Below are positions 41,121 to 50,582 of a stretch of DNA of 64,000 nt, piece after piece; within the stretch, counting starts at the first letter, position 1, and every line of letters begins with the position of its first letter. This DNA is from a virus (Duplodnaviria; Caudoviricetes): the IMG/VR virus record IMGVR_UViG_3300031760_000045, positions 5,151 through 69,150 of that record. The stretch is one strand, 5' to 3'. The translations under genes and the position numbers were made by a program. Under the pieces are notes generated by a model. It searched no databases and was not told the DNA's origin. It worked only from the letters and a program-made list of their open reading frames with translations.

Positions 41121-42158
41121 TTATTCATTTTTAAGAAGATACTTATTACTTACTACCTTCATTGAGAGTGGTCCGCCGATAATTTCATTATAAATTGGTT
41201 CTGTTGGCCGAACCACAATTCCTTCTTTGCGTCCGCCGGTTGAGTAGTTTCCGTCTGCTCTTTCAAGCATAGCTTCAATAGTCGGATATTTTGACGGAAG
41301 ATCGGTTCCGACTTCTTCAATAGGCACGGTTGGCATATCCATGAACGCACAAAGCTCCTGCATTCGCTTCAGCCCAACGCGTTTCCCGTTCTCGCGAATG
41401 GTAAATACATACCACTCCGGCTTCGCAAGCCTTAACGGATTCTTCTGAATGCCGGGAGCGCAGAACTCGCCTTGCACGGTCAGTTTATCAATGCCAAACC
41501 TGCCCATTGCGTGACGCATATTATATTCATAGTTCTTTTGTTTGATAAACTCATAGAACGAGCTTGATCCATCGTCTTTGTACTCGTAGTTATGTCCGCA
41601 GACATGAAACCCGTTCTCATCGATGGAAAGAGAGTGAGAAGATCCGTCCATCTTGGTGGAGATATAGTACTCAAGATCCTTGAAAGCTTCAGCAAACTCG
41701 GCGAAATTCTGGATTCTGATCTCGTCACTGTGCGGAACATCATAAGGAAGAGAACCGATGACTGTTCCACCCGTGGTGGCACGTTCTTCAATCTCCCATT
41801 TCTTCACACCGAGAATGTTTGTTACATCCTGTCCGAGAATTGGATTCTCAATCTCCGGAAACTCTGAGAGAGGAAGAATCAGCCCCTGTGAGATTTGTCC
41901 ACGGAATTTCATGGTCTTAATCTTGAAGCCTTCTCCCATAACGTCTGTCTTCCTGTAGCTGGATGCTCTGAGGAATTCAAACCGTTCGTCCATAGGAAGA
42001 AAAGAATCGATTTCAAAGTAGACAGCCAGGTCTCCGACATTAAACTGTCCTTTGTTTCCTACGCATTTCCATCCTTCAACGGAAAGAAGTTCCAGTCTGT
42101 CTGCGTTCTCGATTGGTTCAATCTTCCATACTTTCTGAATGCTTGCGAGCTTTCTCAA
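41121..42158 (-). CDS. RNA ligase (Rnl2/DRB0094-like family)
   Basis: MRKLASI..V..I.PI.NADRLE N-domain; KMDGSS adenylation motif; VQGEFC; EGIV; KVVSNKYL. Confidence 0.85.
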   Translation of the reverse strand: MRKLASIQKVWKIEPIENADRLELLSVEGWKCVGNKGQFNVGDLAVYFEIDSFLPMDERFEFLRASSYRKTDVMGEGFKIKTMKFRGQISQGLILPLSEFPEIENPILGQDVTNILGVKKWEIEERATTGGTVIGSLPYDVPHSDEIRIQNFAEFAEAFKDLEYYISTKMDGSSHSLSIDENGFHVCGHNYEYKDDGSSSFYEFIKQKNYEYNMRHAMGRFGIDKLTVQGEFCAPGIQKNPLRLAKPEWYVFTIRENGKRVGLKRMQELCAFMDMPTVPIEEVGTDLPSKYPTIEAMLERADGNYSTGGRKEGIVVRPTEPIYNEIIGGPLSMKVVSNKYLLKNE

Positions 42159-42162
42159 ATAA

Positions 42163-42732
42163 TCACTTCCTTTTCAATGCGTTATCCAGTTTCACAAGCA
42201 GTTCTTTTGCAGATTTTTTACTGAGCTTTGCGGTAATGTTTTCGCTGAACATCTGAAAGTACTTCATGCCGTACTGACATCTTTTATCCTTCGCCGCATC
42301 GCTCGTGTTTACAGGTCTTTCATATTTAAGCATTACAATATCCGATGCTTCTTTTACGCTCTTTGCAGAGTAAAGTGTGTTTAACACTGTTTTATACTGA
42401 TTCAATTCATACCAGAGGTAATCAAGTTGAAGAGTCAGATCCCCTACTGATTTACCCTGTTCTCTTGCCATCTTTAATAAGGCAAGTTTCCTTGTGTGGT
42501 AACACCACTGACACAAGCCGTATGCGATTCCGTCTGTTGCAAAATTATCATTTCTGTTCGCATCTGCCACGGCTGTATATTCTTCATCTGTTAATCCGGT
42601 TTTCTTCTTTACATTGTTTCCATTAACTGGATTCAAAGAACTTTCAGCATAAAGATTTCCCATGAGTCCGGCAACTCCGTAGGGGTTTCTTATCTTTGCG
42701 GACAAATAGTCCCAAATTGGCTTTTCATTCAT
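42163..42732 (-). CDS. Second Phage_lysozyme2-like protein
   Basis: IWDYL....YGVAGLMGNLYAESSLNP, YGLCQW; paralog of 26681-27319. Confidence 0.75.
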   Translation of the reverse strand: MNEKPIWDYLSAKIRNPYGVAGLMGNLYAESSLNPVNGNNVKKKTGLTDEEYTAVADANRNDNFATDGIAYGLCQWCYHTRKLALLKMAREQGKSVGDLTLQLDYLWYELNQYKTVLNTLYSAKSVKEASDIVMLKYERPVNTSDAAKDKRCQYGMKYFQMFSENITAKLSKKSAKELLVKLDNALKRK

Positions 42733-42987
42733 TGTTTCGCTCCAGCAGCAAATTTTCTATATCGTCTTCTACTATATTGATTACGGAAACCGGCGAACCT
42801 TTATATGCGTTTAAACGTCCAGAACCTGTTACGTGTATTTCCCATCCGATTTCCGATTTGTGATTTGTTTCAATCGTTACATCTGCACTTCCAACATCGT
42901 AAGAGCAAAGAACAGCTCCTGAGTCCTTGTCAACAAGATAAAACGCTTGTGCGTTTACAATACTTCTATCCATCTAATCATCCTTAT

Positions 42988-43020
42988 AAAAAAAGAGGGC
43001 AGGATTTTACTCCTGCCCTC
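42988..43020 (-). terminator. Intrinsic terminator
   Basis: 10-bp stem GAGGGCAGGA/TCCTGCCCTC with a U7 tract on the minus strand. Confidence 0.85.
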
Positions 43021-43356
43021 TCGGTCAATTACTGGTTGAACTCCATATCCAGGGTTTCATCCAGCTCCATCTCGGCAGAGGCTAACGCATCCTTCGCGTC
43101 CTGAATAGCTTGCTTATAGATTTCAACTTCGTTCATGAGTTCTTGAATCTTGTTGTTTTCCATAATTTTCTCTTCTCCCTTTTCATTGTCGATGAGTTCC
43201 ATCAGGTCGTTTTGGTCTTCACTGCCGTAGTTGTGTACAATCATAGCATCGCTCCTTATCAAAAGATACTTATCTCTGGCTGCTGCCGTCTTCGTAGCGA
43301 GCCGCGGTTCTCCCTACTGTTACAGCCATTTAACTGAACTTTCACGTTCAGCACCA

Positions 43357-43409
43357 TTTCTCCTTTACGGTAACTTTCGAAAGTCTTCAAAGTTCGGTAC
43401 CGAATTAAT
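43357..43409 (-). promoter_or_regulatory. 53-bp regulatory motif, copy 1 (palindrome TTCGGTACCGAA)
   Basis: 46/53 identical to 60138-60190 by manual alignment. Confidence 0.7.
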
Positions 43410-43827
43410 CGTCGAAATCATCATCATCGAAGTTGTCATCATCGAAGCTTGTTCCTAAGTCATCCGTTTCTTCGTCATCTTCGCTCGGCTCACTGTCATA
43501 AACGTCAAAGACTCTCATACGTTTATCCAGTCTTGTTCCGGCTTTCTCGTTGGACTTATCTATTAAAGCAAGCAATCTTTTTACAGAGAGAGGAGAAGAG
43601 GCAATCACTCCATTGTCAAAGAAAATTGCAGACTTTGCTTTCGTCAGTCCACACCCATTCAGTAATGTACCGTTCTTTCTTTCATCAGATATTATTTTTC
43701 TTGCTTGATATATTTCTGTAGACATGATCGCAACAATGCGGGTAGCACACACTGCAACATCAAACTGACGATTATCACTGCGCTTATTGGAAATTCGAAT
43801 AAACCGAAGAGGTATTGTATAGCCCAT
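43405..43827 (-). CDS. RemA/DUF370-like regulator with acidic tail
   Basis: V.ATRIVAIMS.E....RKIISDERKNGTLLN..G..KAKSAIFFDNG aligns by eye to the RemA pattern V.A.R.VAIVS.ES.P.KRII..AR..G.LID.T.GR.TRAVI..D. Confidence 0.6.
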   Translation of the reverse strand: MGYTIPLRFIRISNKRSDNRQFDVAVCATRIVAIMSTEIYQARKIISDERKNGTLLNGCGLTKAKSAIFFDNGVIASSPLSVKRLLALIDKSNEKAGTRLDKRMRVFDVYDSEPSEDDEETDDLGTSFDDDNFDDDDFDD

Positions 43828-43854
43828 GGGAAATCAACTCCTTTTAACCTGAAT

Positions 43855-43880
43855 AGCGGGTGGCTTTACGGCCACCCGCT
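43855..43880. terminator. Intergenic GC-rich hairpin
   Basis: 10-bp perfect stem AGCGGGTGGC/GCCACCCGCT. Confidence 0.55.
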
Positions 43881-43902
43881 TGAGTTGCTCCCATAAGGTT
43901 AT

Positions 43903-44238
43903 TTAAAACATATCGTCATCAAACGTGCCAATGTTTCCGTTTCCAAAGATACTGTCCACGGAACCACCGACTAAATCTCCATCTGTATCATAGAGATTCT
44001 GTCCGTTTTCAAATATGCTATCGATTGTGTATCCTACTTTTCCTTTTGCGTCACTATATAAGTTTTGTCCGTTCCCTATTACAGAATCAATCGAATATCC
44101 TGCATGAGAACCATCCGCTCTATAAAAGTTCTGTCCGTTACCAAAGACACTGTCTATTGAATAGCCAATTAAATTTCCGTTTTCATCATAATAATTCTGT
44201 CCATTGCCGAATACACTGTCGATCCCATAATACTTCAT
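43903..44238 (-). CDS. Small protein made of ~22-aa repeats
   Basis: Five units of Y(S/G/T)IDS(V/I)FGNGQN.Y(D)..G...G. Confidence 0.75.
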   Translation of the reverse strand: MKYYGIDSVFGNGQNYYDENGNLIGYSIDSVFGNGQNFYRADGSHAGYSIDSVIGNGQNLYSDAKGKVGYTIDSIFENGQNLYDTDGDLVGGSVDSIFGNGNIGTFDDDMF

Positions 44239-44253
44239 TTCTTTTGCACTCCT

Positions 44254-45144
44254 TTAATTTCCTTTGGGAGCAATTACTTTGTAACTCTTCGCCCAGATAT
44301 CATACTCACCGGGCACCACAGCCTTCGCTCCGCCTTTATATGTATAACGCGGGCTCCTATTATACTGCAGCAGGCTAATGCAGTCTCCTTCATTGAAGGA
44401 ATGTTTTGCAAAATCGTCCTTCTTGAATCTTATAATGCCAGAAGATCCTCGTTGGACTGAATACAATGTGGCTTTTACGCCATATTTTGCGTCTATTGCT
44501 CTAACAAAGTATAAATTGTCCGGCTGTGTTTTGTCAAACGACAGACACAAACCTACGTTTGCCAGTTCAGACGCCAGTCTCTGCCCTATATCCAGCTCTT
44601 CATCCGGCAGAGACTTTTCAAATTCACGGCAGAGTTCCATTCTGGATTCGTATGACTTAATCGTCTTGGTAAGCTTGTTTTTACCTTCAAAGAATTCATC
44701 AAACACCTTCATCAGCTTACCTGCCTTGCCAAACTGTTCAAAGTAGTTCAGCTCTATTAGTATCTTAATTTGACGAGTATCAAGACATGAATCCATCTGC
44801 AATGTTCTCAACACGTCTGTGAAAGTTTCATATGAACCAAGACCCAACCGCTGAAGATCTCTTGCGGCGGCTTTGCTCATATAACGAATAGAAGACAGTG
44901 ACTGAGAGATTGTTCCATGTTCCTTATCTACTACCCAGTCTCTGTTGTCTTGACCAAACCTTCCAGCAGTCAGCGAAATGTTCTTATATCGTTTCATTTC
45001 AGCGATGATGGCGGAGATCTTGTCGGTATTCTTCTTTTCGTCGTACAGTTTCAGCATTGTTACGTAAAGTTCGTATGGATAATGGACTTTCAGCCATGCG
45101 ACATAGAGAGAATCGCAGGCCATTGAGAATGCGTGTGCAGCACA
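44254..45144 (-). CDS. dnaE: DNA polymerase III alpha (DnaE), exon 2
   Basis: Reading frame C-A-A-H-A-F-S-M-ACDSLY.AWLK.HYP continues the conserved F.xxH motif of DnaE. Confidence 0.85.
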   Translation of the reverse strand, partial: CAAHAFSMACDSLYVAWLKVHYPYELYVTMLKLYDEKKNTDKISAIIAEMKRYKNISLTAGRFGQDNRDWVVDKEHGTISQSLSSIRYMSKAAARDLQRLGLGSYETFTDVLRTLQMDSCLDTRQIKILIELNYFEQFGKAGKLMKVFDEFFEGKNKLTKTIKSYESRMELCREFEKSLPDEELDIGQRLASELANVGLCLSFDKTQPDNLYFVRAIDAKYGVKATLYSVQRGSSGIIRFKKDDFAKHSFNEGDCISLLQYNRSPRYTYKGGAKAVVPGEYDIWAKSYKVIAPKGN

Positions 45145-46322
45145 CCTTTGTACCGTCGGTTTCCCGATATTTAGTAGCGGAGTAGATCATATCATCACCC
45201 TGTTCCCAGGGGCACAGCACTTCGGAATACGGAGTTTCACCGTAAACCTACTCCCTTGCGGGATGATCGTTACACATTTAAGCAGTTTCCTGTGTATTTA
45301 GCACGGTATTGTCATGTAATTCATTAAGTATCTCTTGTATTTTATTTTCTATGTTTTCTGTATATTTGATTTCATATAGTTTTATTTTGTTTTTGATACA
45401 GTATGATTGCTTCATTTTATCTGTTATTTCTCTTTGCTGTTTTCCCCAGTCGATATTTATGTAATGTTGTTCGCCTTGATATTCAATTAAACACAACAGA
45501 GACTTTTCGTCATCGAGTAAAGCAAAATCAAATCTTAACGGATTTTTGTATCTTAGATCTTCGAATTTGTACTCATGAATAAATTTGACATTATTTTTTT
45601 CTAAACATTTTAATATTTTTAATTCGCCAGAAGATATTTTACAATTTGAACAACCACAAGAAACTCTTGATCCGGATAAAAAGTGGCTTACAGTGTCCTC
45701 TATTGTATTTCCGCATTCACATTCTAATAGCCATATAGCATTACCTTTTATGTCTGAACGTAAATATTTGATTGCGGTTAATTTATGTACTTTTATCCCT
45801 GTAATATCTTTCTTGTGATCTTTAAGCTTATATCTCATACATCCGCATGATTTAGTTTTACCTGTAAGAATATTGTTTTTATATGTGATAAATTCATTTC
45901 CACAATCACATATGCATTTACATTTTTTATTATCAATAAGTTCTATTGGTGTTATAAAGCCATATTTTTTCATTAATTCAATTGCTTTATTTCTCTTTTT
46001 TTGACATTTTCCACATATTTTAGTAGGGTGACATTGAACGTCTACAGCACAAGCATCAAAAACATATCCGCAATTCATACATGTACAATTATATCTTGCC
46101 CTTTTCACGCCTTTTTTTGTAACATAGTCTTCAAGACGATAATTGAATTTAATATTATTTATTATTTGACCCGATAAATCTTTTCTTCTCCAGTCGCTCA
46201 TATTTTAAATTGTTTATAATGAATTATTTAGATTTATACCGTTAGCCGCTTTATGCGACACCCAGCATTTGCTGGTTCACTGTGTTCTTCGACACGGATT
46301 GCTCCGTGAAGGTTCCTAATTG
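45145..46322 (-). mobile_element. Group I intron (1178 nt) in dnaE
   Basis: P1 GUUU|C pairs with GGAAC, giving a U.G splice pair. P2 CACGGA-GCAA-UCCGUG. P7 GAUCAU/AUGAUC. P9 UCGG-GAAA-CCGA. Terminal G at 45145. Splicing restores a 1055-aa ORF. Confidence 0.88.
45278..46201 (-). CDS. Intron-encoded homing endonuclease (EDxHD/Vsr-like nuclease with Cys-rich N-terminal repeats)
   Basis: Repeated C.C.CG / SCGC motifs; C-terminal LRFDF...LIEYQGEQHY; markedly AT-rich versus the flanks. Confidence 0.75.
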   Translation of the reverse strand: MSDWRRKDLSGQIINNIKFNYRLEDYVTKKGVKRARYNCTCMNCGYVFDACAVDVQCHPTKICGKCQKKRNKAIELMKKYGFITPIELIDNKKCKCICDCGNEFITYKNNILTGKTKSCGCMRYKLKDHKKDITGIKVHKLTAIKYLRSDIKGNAIWLLECECGNTIEDTVSHFLSGSRVSCGCSNCKISSGELKILKCLEKNNVKFIHEYKFEDLRYKNPLRFDFALLDDEKSLLCLIEYQGEQHYINIDWGKQQREITDKMKQSYCIKNKIKLYEIKYTENIENKIQEILNELHDNTVLNTQETA

Positions 46323-48599
46323 AAACATGTAATTTGCAGCATTCTCTATAATTGTCCATATCTGTTCCACAACTTCATGAGCTTTCTTTTCAGAGGCCCC
46401 TTCTGTTTCCTGCAGAACCTTTGTAAATCCAATCTTGAACTTTTCCTTTTCAGCTAAAACCTTTTCAGTCTTTTTCTTCTTTATAGCCTTTGTGGTTGCA
46501 TACGCTTCCGGCCCTGGAATTCCTGCTGCTTTCAGGATCTGAAGAATCTGTTCATCGAACATAAGAAAGCTGTCCGGAATCTCTTCCGTCTTCAGAAGTT
46601 TGTCCAGAGAAGGAATTCCGTACTCAAATCTTTGCCGATTAATAAACGTATTCAGCATTGATTTAAAGCCGGGACGGATGGCGGCAATGAATGCACTGAG
46701 CTGTGCAGCGCTCTTAGGTTTATAGATGCTGCATCTTTCAGCAGATTTATCTCTTTCAACCTGGTTCAGCCCCATAACGATTCTTCTTGCATACAGATTC
46801 CATATCTCCTTGTCGTCCTTTACGGCTTCAAGAAGTTCGTCAACTGACATAATAGGAATACCTGCAAGTTTGAATGTTTCGGCTATGATCTTTACAACGT
46901 CAACACGCAGGAAATCTGCCTTCAGATAGTTATAAGAGTCAGCTGTTTTTCCGTCGATATATGCAGCGTAAACCGCGTCTTTAGATCCACTCTTAGACTT
47001 GACTCTTACTATGCCTATCTCTCTGCGAAGATCCTTGTCTGACAAGAGATGAGCACACGGATGCGGACTTAACGAAGTGATAATGCCTTTATACTTTTTA
47101 GACTCTTCAATCAAATCAAGATATTGTTCTTCAATATAAGACTCGATCTGAACATCATCATCCACATCATAATCCGGATCATCAGCATTGTTCTCTCTTG
47201 CGTGTTTTGCGTCCAGTTCATAGTTTTGAATCTGTTTTGCAATAGCATTTGCGGTTTCAAAATCAAGATCTCTTGCTCGCGCAAGAAGTTTAAATGCGGA
47301 CAGTGTCTTGGCTGTACCATAGGCAATCATTGGAAGACATCCGTATTCACCGAGGATTTCTTTCCCCGCTGTTTCGAATGCTTCAACGTTTGCCATGTTA
47401 CAATCGAGGTCGGGTAGGCCGTTAGCCAACCTATCCGCTGAGATAAATCTTTCCGGATACATTTTTACAGGACAGTGGAGTCTGTTGATCGAAGAGAATC
47501 CCATTGCATAATTTGATACAAACGATGCACCAGAACCTCTTCCTGTTTTCGTCAGAACTCCGCCAAGCTCAATTCCCCTGTCGATAATCCTCTTCATGAT
47601 CAAAGGATAATCGGCGGTGCCTGTGCTGGTCATTGTATCCATTTCAGCATGAATTTCCGCAGCCTCTTCCTTTGTTGGCATTCCGGCTTTGCGGATATAT
47701 TCATTGCATACTGTTTTCTTATACAGAAAATTTCTTTTATCTAAATCCATATCCGGATATGGATTCGGTATTTTCTTTTCATTTGTAAAATGTACGCCTT
47801 CAAATTCTCTGAGAATCAATGTATTCTCCATAGCTTCTTCGATCTGGGCTCTGTTCAATACATTCTGATCCTTGAGCATCTGATAAGCTTCTTCAGCCGA
47901 CGGAAGATATAAAACGAAGTCATCTTCATTTCCATAGGTGATCTTCGATGCCAGCAGAAGCTCTCTGCGCAGTTCTTTTTCTTCCTTATAAACATAATGA
48001 CTGTCCGTTCCATAGATCAGAGGCCACTTATATTTATTATGAAGCTCTATCATCCACTTGTTTCTGTCCAATTGAATCTGCTGAGAATGATGCTGAACTT
48101 CCAAGTAGAAATTGCGACCAAATATGTTGGCTAACTGAACCATCATATCTTCTTCATTCGGTCCCGCAACACAGGCAGAGGTACACAAAAAGTTATTGGA
48201 ATCAAGTCGTCTCAGAAGATCGTAGTCAACCCGTGCATGATAGTAAAATCCTGTCAGATTTGCTTCCGACAGGATCTCGTTCAACTGATAGAAACCTTCC
48301 ATATTTTTAGCCACCAAAATCAGATGATAGCCACGATGATCCTTTACGGTTCTATCCGGAACGAAATAAGTTTCTGCAGCAGCGAGAGGCGTCATCTTAA
48401 AGTTTTCATCAGAATACTTTTGCGCTAATTCAAACTGTTGCCAAACGTTGGATCTGTTGCCATGCTCAGACATGCAGAGAACATGATGACCACGTTCTCT
48501 ATATACCTTTGCATAGTCTTCTATAGACATGGTACTGTCAGGCTGGGTTAGACAATTACTATAAGATGTGTGAACGTGATATGGTTCGAACTCAATCAA
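46323..48599 (-). CDS. dnaE: DNA polymerase III alpha (DnaE), exon 1
   Basis: PHP domain (HVHTSYS, SEHG, TDSH), GRGSGA, LPDLDC catalytic motif, HPCAH, KADFL. Confidence 0.92.
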
Positions 48600-48605
48600 A
48601 TCATA

Positions 48606-49652
48606 TCACTCCTTCTTCCCCGTTGGCGTTCCTCCGGTTTCGTACGATAAATCACCGTTATAGTAATTCCATAGTCGTATTTCTTCTGGAGTGGCTTGTG
48701 TATTTTGTTGTTTTTGACTCTTTCTTAACTCTTTTTCGCCTTTGACGAATGGATCATTTATTTTTTCAATTTCTTCTTTTGATAATGTTTTGCCTATACG
48801 TTCATCGTATGTTTGCATAACCAATCCGTTATAGACAACAAAAGATCCAGACATAAGTCCTTCTAAACTATTCCAGCGTGGAAGAGCACCTTTTCTAACT
48901 TTTGCACCACTTGAACAGAACCACCTATGTTCATCTTGAAATTTCAACGCATCTTCTGAAATTTTTACTGCAACACATTGTTTATATTTTCCTTTAATGA
49001 GAAAAGTTCCAAGATAAGAACAACTAACATATTGATCCCAATAATAATGCTCGTAAATATCTTTTGTTAACGTGTCGTCCATTTTTTCAGATAAATCAAA
49101 TACATATACATAATTATCAGGAGTAGTTTCATTAATTGTATACACTAAAGGTTCATTTATTTCTGTTATATCTATTTTCTTAATTGGATTTCTGTTTATT
49201 ATGTAGTTTTCAGTTACATTTATATCGTCGCTATCATAAAACTGTTGAGTAAACGTTTCTTTTCCATTTTCGTAATGACAAGCATAGCTACAATCATCGT
49301 ACTCTATGTACATTTCCATATCGATGGTCATATCAGGAAAAGATTCTTCAATTTTTCCAAGAATTGGCGCAGGCGGTGCCCAGGCGGTTCTTACAATTAG
49401 TGTGTTATCGTCCTTCCAGTAAGAATCAGCGTTCCATTTTGTTCCCCAGTTTTCGCAACGCCAGTTATACCATGCTGGAACAAGAAAGCCATTTGCATCT
49501 TTTATGTCTGGTCTTTCCATTATATCTTTTGGTTCTGGTATAAAATTGTTAAAATCAATTGCGCCGTTTCTTCCGCACAAAAAACCATGCACATCGCATA
49601 TTTCATGAGGTTTTCCTTCAAACGTAATCGTTGTTGTAGCCCAGTTTGGCAT
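48606..49652 (-). CDS. DUF1281/YubB ferredoxin-like domain protein with an extra C-terminal domain
   Basis: MPNW, IDFN.FIP.P, WYNWR.ENWGTKWNA and TAWAPP motifs. Confidence 0.7.
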   Translation of the reverse strand: MPNWATTTITFEGKPHEICDVHGFLCGRNGAIDFNNFIPEPKDIMERPDIKDANGFLVPAWYNWRCENWGTKWNADSYWKDDNTLIVRTAWAPPAPILGKIEESFPDMTIDMEMYIEYDDCSYACHYENGKETFTQQFYDSDDINVTENYIINRNPIKKIDITEINEPLVYTINETTPDNYVYVFDLSEKMDDTLTKDIYEHYYWDQYVSCSYLGTFLIKGKYKQCVAVKISEDALKFQDEHRWFCSSGAKVRKGALPRWNSLEGLMSGSFVVYNGLVMQTYDERIGKTLSKEEIEKINDPFVKGEKELRKSQKQQNTQATPEEIRLWNYYNGDLSYETGGTPTGKKE

Positions 49653-49666
49653 AACAAAACCTCCAT

Positions 49667-50176
49667 TTATTCTTCTTCCATTCCATTGTCGGTGCAGAAG
49701 TAAACACCATCCTGGTTGTCAAATACTTCTCTTGCCACCTGTTCAAGAACAGTTGTGCAGTTTCCGTGAAGATCGCTGAGATTATCGTTGTAATACTGAA
49801 TAACTTCCTTCTCGAACTCGATAAAGGTCATCGGATTTGAGCCCATAATGACATCCTCAATCCGATGAACGGCCTCATTACCCTTGAAAAGATTACGAAG
49901 ATAGTCTTTGGTGGTTAATTCATCTTTGTTCGCCGGAATAATGATAATCTTATAAGTAACATTGCCAAACTTCTTTGCTTCGGGAAGAAGATGCGTTAAT
50001 GCTTCATACTTATCCGTATTGGCAACACGAATTCTTACCGCATCGTCCTGTATATCGACGACGATATCTTCATCGTTTTCGAAAAGAACCTTCAGTTTGT
50101 TTGCATACTCATACCACGGGGCTGACAGAGTAAAACCTTTCATAAGAACAACTCCTTTTAAATGCAAATAATGCAT
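49667..50176 (-). CDS. Conserved hypothetical phage protein
   Basis: LSAPWY.Y..KLK.LF..D, F.KEVIQYYNDNLSD..G..T motifs; function unknown. Confidence 0.6.
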   Translation of the reverse strand: MHYLHLKGVVLMKGFTLSAPWYEYANKLKVLFENDEDIVVDIQDDAVRIRVANTDKYEALTHLLPEAKKFGNVTYKIIIIPANKDELTTKDYLRNLFKGNEAVHRIEDVIMGSNPMTFIEFEKEVIQYYNDNLSDLHGNCTTVLEQVAREVFDNQDGVYFCTDNGMEEE

Positions 50177-50438
50177 ACGGAAACCACTCCAGTATGCAAA
50201 TGCAGCTCCCGTCTTACCAACATTGCTGCGTTCCCTGATTATTATCTTGTTTCTTTTTGAACTTCTTCGATAGGGTCTGTAAGTAGACGCTTGAAAATAC
50301 CAGTGAATTTCTTTTTCTGTTCTTCAATCCATGTTGGGTTTGCAAAGCCGGTTGTCCGGATTCGCAAGGCAAGCTTCGCCATCTGTTTCCACTCGTGGTT
50401 TACGGAGCCGACAGCTTTATTGCAGGTAATGTCTCTCC

Positions 50439-50582
50439 TCATTCGTCTTCCTCGATTTCAATTTCAAGACGGGCGAAAGGAATTACATCATAATTTCCAT
50501 TCTCACCGCCAAGAAACTCAAATAGTCTTGCCTGACATTCTTCCGTAAGATCATCCCAAAAGAATTCGAAATCTTTTGTCAT
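50439..50582 (-). CDS. Small acidic protein (47 aa, not in the ORF track)
   Basis: MTKDFEFFWDDLTEECQARLFEFLGGENGNYDVIPFARLEIEIEEDE; overlaps its neighbours by 4 nt. Confidence 0.65.
   Translation of the reverse strand: MTKDFEFFWDDLTEECQARLFEFLGGENGNYDVIPFARLEIEIEEDE

Noticed and set aside
44254-48599. DnaE pseudogene, frameshift or intein
   Set aside because: The insertion has stops in the DnaE frame and shows group I intron P1/P7/P9 elements. Precise splicing restores the conserved motif.
50481-50489. Fourth copy of the GAUGUAAUU loop motif
   Set aside because: It lies within a small coding sequence (Y-D-V-I-P codons), the flanks cannot form the stem, and there is no terminal repeat or G module.
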